Assembly (NCBI GenBank): GCA_051294375.1
Contig: CM119263.1
Span: 14,869,574-14,933,573 of the forward strand
Direction: 5' to 3'
Origin: Paraspadella gotoi
Taxonomy: Eukaryota; Animalia; Chaetognatha
Length of the DNA: 64,000 bases
Below, piece after piece: positions 1 through 12,349 of the stretch; the first letter of the stretch is position 1; every line of letters starts with the position of its first letter. The position numbers and the translations under genes were made by a program. Under the pieces are notes generated by a model. The model made no database searches and was not told where the DNA came from. It saw only the letters and a program-made list of their open reading frames with translations.

Positions 1-156
1 GCTGAGGAGAGTAGAGATTTTGTTTTTCGATTTCGTTGAGTTTCGTTTTTTTTTTTCTTTTGTTTTTTTGCTTTTCTTTCTTTTTTTTGTTTTTTTTTTG
101 TTTTTTGTTGTCTCGTTTTTATCTTTATTTTGTATTTTCCACGTCGGGCTCACCCG

Positions 157-425
157 TGTGGACGCGCAAACAAGTTTAGAGTAAAGATAATTATTATTCA
201 TTCAACAACGTTATTTATAAACAATTAACAGTCAAAATCTCTAGATGCTAAGTCTATATACAAGGTAAAGTTTTACAAAAGGGTCAACGTATTTGACCAT
301 AAAGGTCAACGTTTTGGGGTTTTGACAATATAAATAAGTTGGGGTAATGAGCGATGATTAAGTCAGTAAGGTCATTGTTGGTTTTTGACCGTTGGTTGGC
401 GTGTTCTCGAAGTGTTTCGTCCACA
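157..425 (-). mobile_element. LTR of a Ty3/gypsy-like element (copy 1), followed by a PBS at 155-140
   Basis: 269 bp bounded by 8-bp inverted termini TGTGGACG...CGTCCACA. On the minus strand it is directly followed by GGTGAGCCCGACGTG, resembling the complement of a tRNA-Trp 3' end. Confidence 0.75.
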
Positions 426-1504
426 AGGGGTTATGTTAGTTTATTATAATTTAATCCGAGGTTCGTAAAAAATTTTATTTGTTGCTTCTTTATTCGTGAA
501 AACAAAAATATTTGTTTCTTATGAATATGATACTGCATTAAGAAAATGGCCGAAAATATTAGATTTGTGATATTTTTTATTTGTTTTTACCCTTCCCAGG
601 ATATAATCTCTTCAACTCTGTTATCGAAATAATAATCTCTTGAAAAATTTTCTTTCAAAATCCTCTCTTTCATCCTCCGCCCCCCCCCCCCTCCCCCCCC
701 CTCCGCACCCCTGTTGAGAAAAAAGAAAACCCGTTTTCGAGGCCCAAATTCGGGAATATATCGGTGAAAAACAAGGACTCGGACGAGGGCATCCCGCATC
801 GCAGCACGTCAATCTCGCACAAGAAAGCTTTAGCGTCACGCGGAACCAACACAACCAACAACGACGACTGACGAAAGATAATCAATAGTCACATCCCACG
901 AGGAAAATTCTCGACAGTTAATGTTATGTTTTAAAAACTTCAGCGGTTGATGCATGTTTTACAGCCCCTAGTAACCTCAATAGCAAACGACAACCAATGA
1001 CGACGACAGTCTGGAACCGAAAACAACTCGTTATCGATAATTGACAAGGAGAAAAAGCCGAGTCCGGGGCAGCCATTTTAAAAAAGGGACGACACCCGGG
1101 TATAGCAAAGGGATGAATTGACAAAATAACGAGACGGAGAAAAAAAGAGAAACCGACGCGATTCCGATGTTTTTTACGACAAGAGATACGCTACAAGTCG
1201 TACCATTCGAAAAAAAAGTTTTATATCTCTGCTCTCGCAGGCTCAGGCTGAAGCCCTTGATCTCCGAGAGCGATCCGTTGTTTACGTTCGAAATTAAAAT
1301 CAATTGAGAAGTTTCTCGATTTTAAAATACCTTCGACAGTCAGGGAAGACGAAACAGCGAAATTAAAAAAAAAATAAGAGTAAAAATAAAAAAAAGAACA
1401 AATAATCCCAGCAGAGAATAACGAGGGAAAGGCGAGCGTTGCATTATAATAAGCCGCAAATAGACACGGTACTGAACAGTGAACACGATCTTCCGACACA
1501 AACA

Positions 1505-1620
1505 CCTCTCTTCTCCTACTTTACTCTCTCTCCTCTCTCTCTCATCTCTCTTCTCTCTCTCTCTGTCTCTCTCTAATCTCTCTCTCTCTCTCTCTCTCCT
1601 CTCATCTCTCTTCTCTCTTC
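1505..1620. repeat. (CT)n microsatellite, duplicated at ~6465-6585
   Basis: Direct reading. Confidence 0.9.
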
Positions 1621-2199
1621 TCGTCGATTATACGTGTCCATTATCTAAAAATTCCATAACTCCGCGTATCGTAAGAAAAAAAATTATTCTCACCGAGGAA
1701 AATAAAAAATGAAATGAGCATTAAAACATGACTGCGTGTGAAGGAAAACGCAGCAGAGTGGCTCCGATTGCCGGGGCTAATCACCGACAGCAACGACGAA
1801 TCTGCTCGTGCGAAGCCGAGACCGAAAAAAAAAAAGTCAAACTCACTTCCAAATAAATCATTTTTGTTTCTTTTTTTAAAAAACAGAGCAAAACAGACGT
1901 CGCCTTGTTACAAGCGTAAAGTATTATCCTGCTCCGTTTCGCCCAATTTGATTAGCGACAAGAGGAAAAGAAAAAAAAAAAAAAAAAAAAGAGAGAGAGA
2001 GGAGAGGAGAGAGACGGAGAGAGATGTAGAGGAGGAAGAGAGAGAGAGAGGAAGGAGGAGAGAGAGACGAGAGCAGAGGCCGCCAATAAATTTCTTTCGA
2101 TAATGATTACAACAACGAGTTATCTTTATGGCAAGACGTACTGATATGGCACCCACTTCATTGCTGACTCATCATTCCCTTGGGATCCCTTCACTCTCT

Positions 2200-2222
2200 C
2201 GAAAAAAGAGGAAAAAAAGAAA

Positions 2223-2253
<31 letters not shown>

Positions 2254-2332
2254 AAAGAAAGAAAAGAAAGAAAGAAAGAAAAAGAAAGAAAAAAGAAAGA
2301 AAGAAAAGAAAAAGAGAAAGAAAGAGAAAAAA

Positions 2333-2381
<49 letters not shown>

Positions 2382-2455
2382 AAAAAGAAAGAAAGAAAAA
2401 AAAAGAGAAAGAAAGACGACAGACAGACAGACAGATAGACAGACAGACAGACAGG
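2200..2455. repeat. (GAAA)n followed by (GACA)n microsatellites, duplicated at ~7160-7415
   Basis: Direct reading; these are the source of spurious K/E/R-rich ORFs. Confidence 0.95.
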
Positions 2456-3109
2456 CAGAAAAGAAACAGTGACACAGACTTCTGACCCCAGATATGATTA
2501 TCAGCGGTTATCTCTACTTCATCGCACCTGCATGGCTCCTCATTAACTGAACGCTTCGAACAAAGTTCAAACCCTGAAATAATCCCTGCAAACCGCCCCT
2601 CTCTTCCCTCCCCCACTCAGTCTTTTAAGCTGTCGGGAATAGAGAGAGCCACCACCCGGGGTAACAGGGCCGCCACCAGCACCACCACCGGGTCCAACCA
2701 CCGCCATTGCCACCGCCATTGCCACCGCCACCGCCGGCCTCCTCAACCCGTGGGCGTTTGCTGAGATCTCATAGATCGTTTCTCTCTGCTAATGATTCTG
2801 TCAGAGAATCTTCTTCTAAAACCTCTGAATCGTCTTGACTTGGAAAGAGTTGAAAGATTCGGGTTTTTTTTTTTCGGTGAAAATCGATCGCGATCAATTA
2901 CATGAAAAAAGGAACATTTTTTCATTCGTAAAATGATACTAATCTTCATTAAAACTATATTCGTAGTTTTTGCAGAGATGTTCACCCAGACTTTTTCGCA
3001 TGAATGTTCTTACTTTGTTACGTCTTTTTTTATTAAAATGTGTTAAATAGAGAAACTGAAAAAAAAACAAAAAACAAAAAAAAACCAAAAAAAACCAAAA
3101 AAAAACCGC

Positions 3110-3134
3110 NNNNNNNNNNNNNNNNNNNNNNNNN
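3110..3134. other. Assembly gap (25 N)
   Basis: Run of n. Confidence 1.
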
Positions 3135-5388
3135 GTTTAACAAGCTACGTCATAATTTGCCAGTTCATTCCACCGGCGCCACGGTCGATGATTCGAAGGT
3201 GGTCCGACCAACCGACGGGGCAGATATATTTCAGCCTTTGTTGTGCTTCATGGAAAACATGACGAAGAGCTCTTTATGATGGGTCGTTGTGAAAAACATC
3301 AGCGCACAGGAGAGAGTTTTGAGTCGTTTCCGCCGGCGACGCGGGCGACTAGCGGCCGACCGGCGTTGCATTGACGGGTGCCATGGCATGTGCGGCCAGT
3401 TCCGCGGTTAGTTTCCATGGCATCTTGGAACGCGTTTGGCACCAAGTTGAAGATGGTAGAAACACTTGCGCTTCTTCAACCCTATGGAGCGGTCGCGCGT
3501 GTGTGGAGGGTCATGAGCGGGGCGTCAAAATTGGGCGCCCGTTGCTGACTGCGTTTGCGCTGCTGCATTTTGGGGCCGTTGCTGTGATGGGCCGCTGCTG
3601 TGAGTGAGGAAGGGGCGCTGCGTTGAGCGGCGAAAGGTGCAGCTCTGTCTTACTCTTGCGGTTTGCTGTACGAGATGGCGGCGTTCTATCCTCGGTGTTT
3701 GAGAATCGTCCATGAAGCTCCAGTGGCTCGTCCGTATGGACCTCACTGATGGTGACGGCGGTTCACCGTGGATGAGGAGGCGATCGGAAAGCTTCTGAGT
3801 TTGGCCGACGGGGAGGGAAGAATTTCGTCGGCAATCCTTGGCGATGTCGGACGCGGCTTTTGTCCTTCCTGACAGCGTTGTTCCCGGACGGCTTTTTTGA
3901 GGAAGGGCGGCGAGCAATGATGGCGGCACCTTTGTATTATCTATTGGTGAGGCCTTCGAGGGACGCGTCGTCGCAGAGAGGGTGCTGGGAAGAAGTGACG
4001 CCTTTCTAGTGACGTCTCTTCAGCGCTTTTGCGGCGCGCCTGTGGTCTTCGCCATAGATCTTCTGCAATGTGGAAGGACCAGGTTCTCTGTGAGGCCGTC
4101 CTGGACCTTCGTCGATGCGGTAAAAAGACCGTGTGGAGATCAGCCACCGGGGGGCCCCTGTGGGGGGGAGAAGATTGGTATTGGCCGCTGAGGGTTTTAG
4201 CGCCTTCTTCTCCGCCGGGCTCGGTGACGCCGCGGTTGGCTGCCGAATTCCACAGCGGTTGGTCTAGCCACTTTCGATGTGGTCCGCGGGTCGAAAGTCG
4301 TCAGCTTTTAGGATTTCTCCTTCTTGCAGGGGCATGGAAGGGGGTCTGAGGGTGGGTTGGTTACTGTCCGCGGGGCTGGCGGGCGTCGCTTGGCGCCGTC
4401 TTCACTGTTGGCGGGCAACTTATCCGTTGAAGCGGTGGCTGATGCGTCGCTGAAGTGAGGGCTTTGGTTCTTTCCCCTGTTACCGCGGGCTCCTAGTTTG
4501 GCATTTTGATTGATCTCAAAGACCATTTGCAAAAAAAGTTTTCTCCAATTTGTACTTCGGAGACAGTCGCGGAGTATGAGGAGCGCCGTCGTGAACGCAG
4601 TACATCTCGGCCGGGCGTTGTCGGAGTGGGGAAGCGTTTTCGCGTATTTCACAGGCATTGGCGGTTTCTCCCTCTTCGTCAGCTGGCGTTGCAGGCGGTG
4701 AGAAACACTTGGATGGTGTGAATGCAGGCATTTTAAAAAAGGTTTAATTCAATTTGAAAAATTATTTGCGTATGAAAAATGGATTCGAGTTTGAAAAAAA
4801 TGATTCAATTTTTAAAAAATACTCGTTTGAGTTGAAAAAAAAAAAAATATGAGTTAAAAAAAAAAATATTTGTTTGGGTTGAAAAAAGAAAAAAAAATAG
4901 TTTTGAAAAATGGATTCGAATCGAAAACTTTTTAAAAGAGAAAAAAATAATCTTTGGCAAAAAGCTGAGGAGAGTAGAGATTTTGTTTTTCGATTTCGTT
5001 GAGTTTCGTTTTTTTTTTTCTTTTGTTTTTTTGCTTTTCTTTCTTTTTTTTGTTTTTTTTTTGTTTTTTGTTGTCTCGTTTTTATCTTTATTTTGTATTT
5101 TCCACGTCGGGCTCACCCGTGTGGACGCGCAAACAAGTTTAGAGTAAAGATAATTATTATTCATTCAACAACGTTATTTATAAACAATTAACAGTCAAAA
5201 TCTCTAGATGCTAAGTCTATATACAAGGTAAAGTTTTACAAAAGGGTCAACGTATTTGACCATAAAGGTCAACGTTTTGGGGTTTTGACAATATAAATAA
5301 GTTGGGGTAATGAGCGATGATTAAGTCAGTAAGGTCATTGTTGGTTTTTGACCGTTGGTTGGCGTGTTCTCGAAGTGTTTCGTCCACA
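3135..5388 (-). mobile_element. 3'-truncated Ty3/gypsy-like LTR retrotransposon: LTR 5388-5120, PBS 5117-5103, degenerate gag and possible start of protease
   Basis: TG..CA LTR with terminal inverted repeats and a PBS, then a GC-rich frameshifted coding-like region. Confidence 0.7.
3385..4731 (-). pseudogene. Frameshifted gag-like ORF
   Basis: Pieces resemble gypsy Gag: MPAF..., KYKLEKT/FLQMVFEINQNAKL, and a C-terminal CFYHLQLGAKRVPRC (CxxHxxxGxxxxxxC knuckle-like) near 3410-3465. A downstream IIDRGA (~3175-3192) loosely resembles the protease D(T/S)GA motif. Confidence 0.5.
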
Positions 5389-7180
5389 AGGGGTTATGTT
5401 AGTTTATTATAATTTAATCCGAGGTCGTAAAAATTTTTATTTGTTTGCTTCTTTATTCGTGAAAACAAAAAATTTGTTCTCTTGAATATTGATACTTGAT
5501 TAAAAAATGGCCGAAAATATTAGATTTGTGATATTTTTTATTGTTTTTACCCTTCCCAGGATATAAATCTCTCTCAACTCTGTTATCCGAATTAATAAAT
5601 CTCTTGAAAAATTTTTTCTAAAATCCTCTCTTTCATCCTCCGCCCTCCCCCCCTCCCCCCCCCTCCGCCCCCCTTTGAAAAAAAAAAACCCGTTTCGTAG
5701 GCACCAAATTCGGGAATATATCTGAGTGAAAAACAAAGGACCGGACGAGGGCATCCCGCATCGCAGACGTCAATCTCGCACAAGAAGCTAGCGTACGCGG
5801 AACCAACACAACCAACGACGACGACGACGAAGATAATCAATAGTCACATCCCACGAGGGGAAAATTCTCGGACTAGTTAATGATTATTTTTAAAACTCAG
5901 CGGTTGATGCATGTTTTACAGTCCCCCTAGTAACCTCAAGCTAGCAAACGACAACAATGACGACGACAGTTCTGGAACCGAAAACAATCGTATCGAATAA
6001 TTGACAAGGAGAAAAAGCCGAGTCCGGGGCAGCCATTTAAAAAAGGGACGACCCGGATATAGCAAAGAGTGTGAATTGCAAATAACGAGACGGAGGAAGA
6101 AAAAGAGAAACGAACGACGATTCGATGTTTTTTACGACAAAGAGATACGTACATTCGTACCATTCGAAAAAAAGAAGTTTTAGTACTCTGCTTCAGTGCG
6201 CAAGTCGGCGTGGTCTCCGACTCCGAGAGCGATCCAGTTGTTTACGTTTCGAAATTAAAATCAATTGGAGAGTTTCTCGATTTTAAAATACCTTCGACAG
6301 TCAGGGAAGAACGAAAACAGCGAAAATAAAAAAAAAATAAGAGTAAAAATAAAAAAAAAACAGAATAACCCAGCAGAGAAATAAGAGAGAAAGGGAGCGT
6401 TCATTTAATAAGCGCAAATGACAGGACCTGAACAGTGAACACGATCGTCCGACACAAACACGTCCTCTCTCTCTCTCTCCTCTCCTCTTTCTCCTCTCTC
6501 ACTCTCTCTTCTCTCTCTCTCTGCTCTCTCTCAATCTCTCTCTCTGCTCTCTCTCTCTCTCTCCATTCTCTCTTCTCTCATCTCTCGTCAATTTAGTTCC
6601 ATGTATATAAAAATTCATAACTCCGCGATATCGTAAGAAAAAAAATTATTTCTCACCGAGGAAAATAAAAAATGAAATGAGCATTAAAACATGACTGCGT
6701 GTGAAGGAAAACGCAGCAGAGTGGCTCCGATTGCCGGGGCTAATCACCGACAGCAACGACGAATCTGCTCGTGCGAAGCCGAGACCGAAAAAAAAAAAGT
6801 CAAACTCACTTCCAAATAAATCATTTTGTTTCTTTTTTTAAAAAACAGAGCAAAACAGACGTCGCCTTGTTACAAGCGTAAAGTATTATCCTGCTCCGTT
6901 TCGCCCAATTTGATTAGCGACAAGAGGAAAAGAAAAAAAAAAAAAAAAAAAAGAGAGAGAGAGGAGAGGAGAGAGACGGAGAGAGATGTAGAGGAGGAAG
7001 AGAGAGAGAGAGGAAGGAGGAGAGAGAGACGAGAGAGAGGCGCCAATAAATTTCTTTCGATATGATTACAACAACGAGTTATCTTTATGGCAAGACGACT
7101 GATATGGCACCCACTTCATTGCTGACTCATCATTCCCTTGGGATCCCTTCACTCTCTCGAAAAAAGAGGAAAAAAAGAAA

Positions 7181-7211
<31 letters not shown>

Positions 7212-7296
7212 AAAGAAAGAAAAGAAAGAAAGAAAGAAAGAAGAAAGAAGAAAAGAAAGAAAGAAAAGAAAAAGAGAAAGAAAGAGAAAAAGAGAA

Positions 7297-7329
<33 letters not shown>

Positions 7330-8277
7330 AAAGAAAGAAAGAAAAAAGAAAGAAAGAAAAAAAAAGAGAAAGAAAGACGACAGACAGACAGACAGATAGA
7401 CAGACAGACAGACAGGCAGAAAAGAAACAGTGACACAGACTTCTGACCCCAGATATGATTATCAGCGGTTATCTCTACTTCATCGCACCTGCATGGCTCC
7501 TCATTAACTGAACGCTTCGAACAAAGTTCAAACCCTGAAATAATCCCTGCAAACCGCCCCTCTCTTCCCTCCCCACTCAGTCTTTTAAGCTGTCGGGAAT
7601 AGAGAGAGCCACCACCCGGGGTAACAGGGCCGCCACCAGCACCACCACCGGGTCCAACCACCGCCATTGCCACCGCCATTGCCACCGCCACCGCCGGCCT
7701 CCTCAACCCGTGGGCGTTTGCTGAGATCTCATAGATCGTTTCTCTCTGCTAATGATTCTGTCAGAGAATCTTCTTCTAAAACCTCTGAATCGTCTTGACT
7801 TGGAAAGAGTTGAAAAGATTCGGGTTTTTTTTTTTCGGTGAAAATCGATCGCGATCAATTACATGAAAAAAGGAACATTTTTTCATTCGTAAAATGATAC
7901 TAATCTTCATTAAAACTATATTCGTAGTTTTTGCAGAGATGTTCACCCAGACTTTTTCGCATGAATGTTCTTACTTTGTTACGTCTTTTTTTATTAAAAT
8001 GTGTTAAATAGAGAAACTGAAAAAAAAACAAAAAACAAAAAAAAACCAAAAAAAACAAAAAAAAACCGACGTTTAACAAGCTACGTCATAATTTGCCAGT
8101 TCATCCACCGGCGCCACGGTCGATGATTTCGAAGGTGGTCCGACCAACCGACGGGGCAGATATATTCAGCTTTGTTGTGCTTCATGGAAACATGACGAAG
8201 AGAGCTCTTTATGATGGTCGTTGGTGAAAAACAAAGGGAAATAAATGAGGAGGAATATTCGGGAAGAGAGAAAGAGC

Positions 8278-8311
<34 letters not shown>

Positions 8312-8350
8312 GAGAGGAGAGAGAGAGAGAGGAGAGAGAGAGAGAAGAGA

Positions 8351-8375
8351 NNNNNNNNNNNNNNNNNNNNNNNNN
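8351..8375. other. Assembly gap (25 N) within a (GA)n tract
   Basis: Run of n. Confidence 1.
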
Positions 8376-8613
8376 GAGAGAGAAGAGAGAGAAGAGAGGC
8401 GCCATTGCTCATCCACGTCATCATGACCGTGATCTTCTTCTTCATCATCATTATTCTTTGAGACGGTAATGACTCCCAGACAAAGATGGAAGACGGTTTC
8501 GTGACAAAACAACCGCATAACCGTCTTTACAATCTCATTCGTCTTTGTACCCGCTCACGGTTTTCTCGTCGTCGTCGTCGTCGTCGTCGTCGATGATTGA
8601 TTTGATTAATCAC

Positions 8614-9601
8614 CTTACGAATGCATTTTCATCGGCGTCATCAAAGAATATTGCGTCTTTTCTCGACGGGTGCAAATGAAATGGAACTTGCTGCGATGCA
8701 CCTGTGAGAAGGCTGAATTTCATACGAAAGCGCGGAATAATCTGTAAAAAGCGAAGTTCCTTTTTAAACGTGTCTATCAGACGAGAAGTTAGTCGTCAAT
8801 GTGAAGTGAAGAAGATGAAGAAGAGCAATGGGCCAATGAGGGATGAAATGAAATATTATTAAATACGTATTATACCACTTTATTAATAGGAAGTCAGGTA
8901 CTGCGGGAGTGAATAACCGAGACTGTGTGAGAGTCTTGATTCAAAGCTTGTAGGCTCCTGCTATGTTATTATCTTGTTAGAGGGATGCAGGTCTTAACTC
9001 ACCAGAGCCTGTCCAAAGTTAGTGATAAGATAGCTTATTTATTAAATGAATTGATATTCTTTATATTAACTGTAATTATTTCATAACTACAGCTACCTAC
9101 TAGTACGTACACTAAGATCAGGCCTTTTAAGTTAAATTGGTTAATTCCACGACAGGGACGATTATGTTTTCGTCTTGGGGTCATTTTCTTTTGCCTACTT
9201 CCTCCTTGGCTTCCTCCCTTTTGACCCACTCCCCACAAAGCCGCCCACTCGGCCTCATCGTCATTTTCCTCCCGCACAAAGCCTCCCCCGCGGAGGCCTC
9301 CCGCCTCGTTTCGACTTCCACCTCCGAAACGCCGCCACGCGCTGTCCACGCCTTCCCCGGACCTCCTGCTTGGGGCCAGGCCAGATGCATAACGGAAGAA
9401 TGGCCAGAAGGTAGGAGGATCGCGGCAGAGCCTCGACCGGACTCGTCTCGAGAGGGCGTCCATTAGAATAAGCGAGACGAGAAAAGGATAGTTAATATCT
9501 AACGACGCAAAAACCGAAGGCGCGAGGTCCAGCACCAAGATCTCGGTCTCGCAACAACTACAACTCTCCTGACCTTTGACCTCGCTCCAAGTCACGTGAT
9601 C
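8614..9601 (-). CDS. Candidate exons of an unidentified gene (~9601-9230 and ~8741-8614)
   Basis: GC/CpG-rich open frames bounded by AG and GT (…LILMDALSRRVRSRLCRDPPTFWPFFRY…; IIPRFRMKFSLLTG…DENAFV). No family recognised. Confidence 0.25.
8875..9057 (+). repeat. Dispersed ~200-bp repeat family A; other copies 46355-46572 (-), 46680-46895 (-), 51569-51697 (-, partial), 60581-60793 (+)
   Basis: Shared core ggaagccaggtactctgggagtgaataaacgagactgtg…aagatagcttatttattaaatgaat. Confidence 0.85.
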
Positions 9602-9943
9602 CTTTTGACCCGAAAAGCCTTAAATCTTGGCCTAAATTCGCGGGTTTTTTTCTCTCTCTCTTTTTCCTTTGAAAAGATTCGCTCCTTCTACTTTTGGCCG
9701 TTCGAGGGTTTCGGACAGTTTATGTCCCACATAAGGCGTCGCGCGTGTGATGCCATTTGACTTTGGTCGCTTTTGGTCTCGACTTTCATGTAATATGTTA
9801 ATAGGGGTTTTTTAATCTTATAAAGCGGGTTTTTCATCGTTCTTAAATATTATTTTATATCATTTCAAATATCATTTTAGGTTGGTATCGTTTGAAAAAT
9901 TAAAATTAATAAAATTAAAAATATTATTATTCCTTTATTTTTT

Positions 9944-9944
<1 letters not shown>

Positions 9945-10034
<90 letters not shown>

Positions 10035-10068
10035 CTCTTTCTTTCTTTCTTTCTCTCTTTCTTTCTTT
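9945..10068. repeat. (CTTT)n microsatellite; also (GAAA)n at ~11083-11147 and (CAT)n at ~11205-11270
   Basis: Direct reading. Confidence 0.95.
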
Positions 10069-11084
10069 CAGTCTATCTTTTTCCTCCCTTTTCCTTATTC
10101 GAGATCTCAAACGGCGTTTTAGCCAAGTGTCCGTCCCTTGTCATTTCGACAGTTTTTGACAACCAGGACGAGATGGGGAGACGACGCAGAGAGAGAAAGG
10201 CGAAGAAGCCGGAAGGTGGGGGTGATCGTTGGGGTGAGAGGCGGAGAGGGGCCGTTGGAGAAGGGAGATCGAATGAAGATACCAATAGAATCGATTGAGT
10301 TCAGTCTAAGAGAATCGAGTTATATTTGACTGACAATCAGAGACTATGTCGCTTGAAATAAACTAGAAATAGGAAAAGAAAGAAAGAAAAAGATGCAAGA
10401 AAATTAAATCAAAGTATTTAAGGAAAAAAAAGGAAATAGATTATACAATTACGGATTAAATAAAAACCGTTCAGAAAACCCGGAAGTAATATATTCAGCT
10501 GATTCGGACAATAAATTTATACTAAAAACCCCAAATATTCCTAATCGAATTATCAACGCTCAATGTCGCCATCGGAATGGCAAGAATATTAAAGAAAAAA
10601 GGTATTCGGGTAAAAAAAAAGGGCAATGTGTGACAGGAAGAGAATGGCCTTCGGACGCGCGACCGTGGAAGACATGACAAGGACGATGCGACGACGAGGT
10701 AAGTACAGGCGACGCGATTAGCCTTCGGGCGACGACGGCGTTGACGACGACGATGATGATGATGATACAGACGATGATTACGATAACGACCCCTATCAAG
10801 GCGTTGTCATGGAGACTGGTTTGGAACGCGCGGCCTCCGTTATGCAAATGAAACCCGGACGGAGGTTTTTTTTCTTCTTCTTCTTTTCCTTCGAATCGGC
10901 GAAATCCCCTTTTCTCCGTCTTTTTTTTTTTTTTAAGGTCAGGGGAAGATGGGGAAAGTAGGGTGGTGCTGGGGAGATGGAAAGAATAAGAAAGAAATAC
11001 GGAATGAATGAAAGAAAAAATGAAGAAAGAATGAGTTAGAATTAAATATAAAATAATGGAATGATGAAAATATAAAGTAATAAA

Positions 11085-11149
<65 letters not shown>

Positions 11150-11234
11150 CTGCGACCTGAAAAACGTCCTTCTAGTCGCCTTGACTGAACAAACTCAATG
11201 CCTTTCATCCTCCTCTTCATCATCCTCATCTTCC

Positions 11235-11265
<31 letters not shown>

Positions 11266-11744
11266 CTTCATCAGTATACACGTCTTTCTTTTTGTCATCA
11301 TCAGACTTACCTAAGCGGTTAATGCAGCCGCTGCTTTTACCTGCGACCGCAGCTGCCGCCAATGATGCTACCGTCGCCGGCGCATCAGCTGCGGCGGTCG
11401 CTGCTTTCGTGCCTCACCCGCCTCGATTCGAAAACGAGGCAGGGTCGAAGCAGCGGCTGGTAAGTCAAGTTTTCGTCGACCTCACAGGACAAAAAAGGAT
11501 CGCAACAAAATGTCCGACGTTTCGTCCTCTCAACAGAAAATAAGAAAATCAAACTCACAAGAAAAACTTTTGGAAAAATAGAGAATTTAATTTAACTAAA
11601 ACGGGAGCAGGTAAAACTTTGGTTATACATAACTATAGCTTCGTTGAATAGATGATTAGTTTAACGACGATATATATATATATATATATTACTAAGGCAA
11701 AACACGCATGAAATTAGATTTTTATATTCATACTGTATAGTAAT

Positions 11745-12200
11745 TAGTATGTACTAATCTATTAAATGTTAAAATTTCAAAACAGTTTTTTCTAAGATTT
11801 TTTTGCAGATTTGAATTCGTCATAAAAAGTTGATGAAAAGAAATATAACTCTTTTTGAAAAATTCCTTCATTAAGTGGGTCAAAAATTAGAAAAAGCTAT
11901 ATTTTAAGCTGAAAATTAATTTTTTATATATTAAATATATTTTTTTTTAATTTTTAACCCACTTAATGAAAGAATTTTTAAAAATGATTTATATTTTCTT
12001 TTAACAACTTTTGACGAGGAATTCAAATCTGCAATCAAAATTAAGAAAAGCCTATTTTGAAATTTTTCGATTTTATAAGGATAGTACTATATATAAATAT
12101 AGCCTACTGCGAAAATTGAAGAACATAAAATTAATTTTTTTTACAAATCAATGTTTACTGATGGTATGTTGTTTATAATTTATATTTAGAATTTTCGTAT
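11745..12200. mobile_element. AT-rich palindromic MITE-like repeat; related copies ~45890-46350, ~54835-54905, ~55555-55748
   Basis: Internal inverted arms (gcagatttgaattcgtcataaaaagttg … caacttttgacgaggaattcaaatctgc) and dispersed copies. Confidence 0.7.
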
Positions 12201-12349
12201 GTAACATTCACTACGCCTTAATGTACGAGGTTTCTTACGTAATTTCAATATAAAATTCGATCATTCTTTAATCTTTATCTGTCTAAAAAACCAGATTTGT
12301 CTCCGCCTCCTCCCGAACCTCGACCTTCGTCTCGGCTCCCACCCTGACG

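Larger units (their letters stand above)
1..8232. repeat. Tandem duplication, period ~4963 bp (1-3298 repeated at 4964-8232)
   Basis: Position 1 gctgaggagagtagag recurs at 4964 and the copies stay collinear to ~3298/8232. Copy 2 has many 1-2 bp indels at ~5420-6630, and both copies adjoin N gaps. Confidence 0.95.

Noticed and set aside
1479-2616. K/E/R-rich and F/L/S-rich ORFs (also 6826-7706, 9877-10298, 10939-11301, 45233-45451)
   Set aside because: Translations of (GAAA)n, (CT)n and (CAT)n microsatellites.
157-5388. The two LTR copies as the 5' and 3' LTRs of one full-length element
   Set aside because: Both are followed by a PBS and share the same flanks, so they result from the larger tandem duplication.
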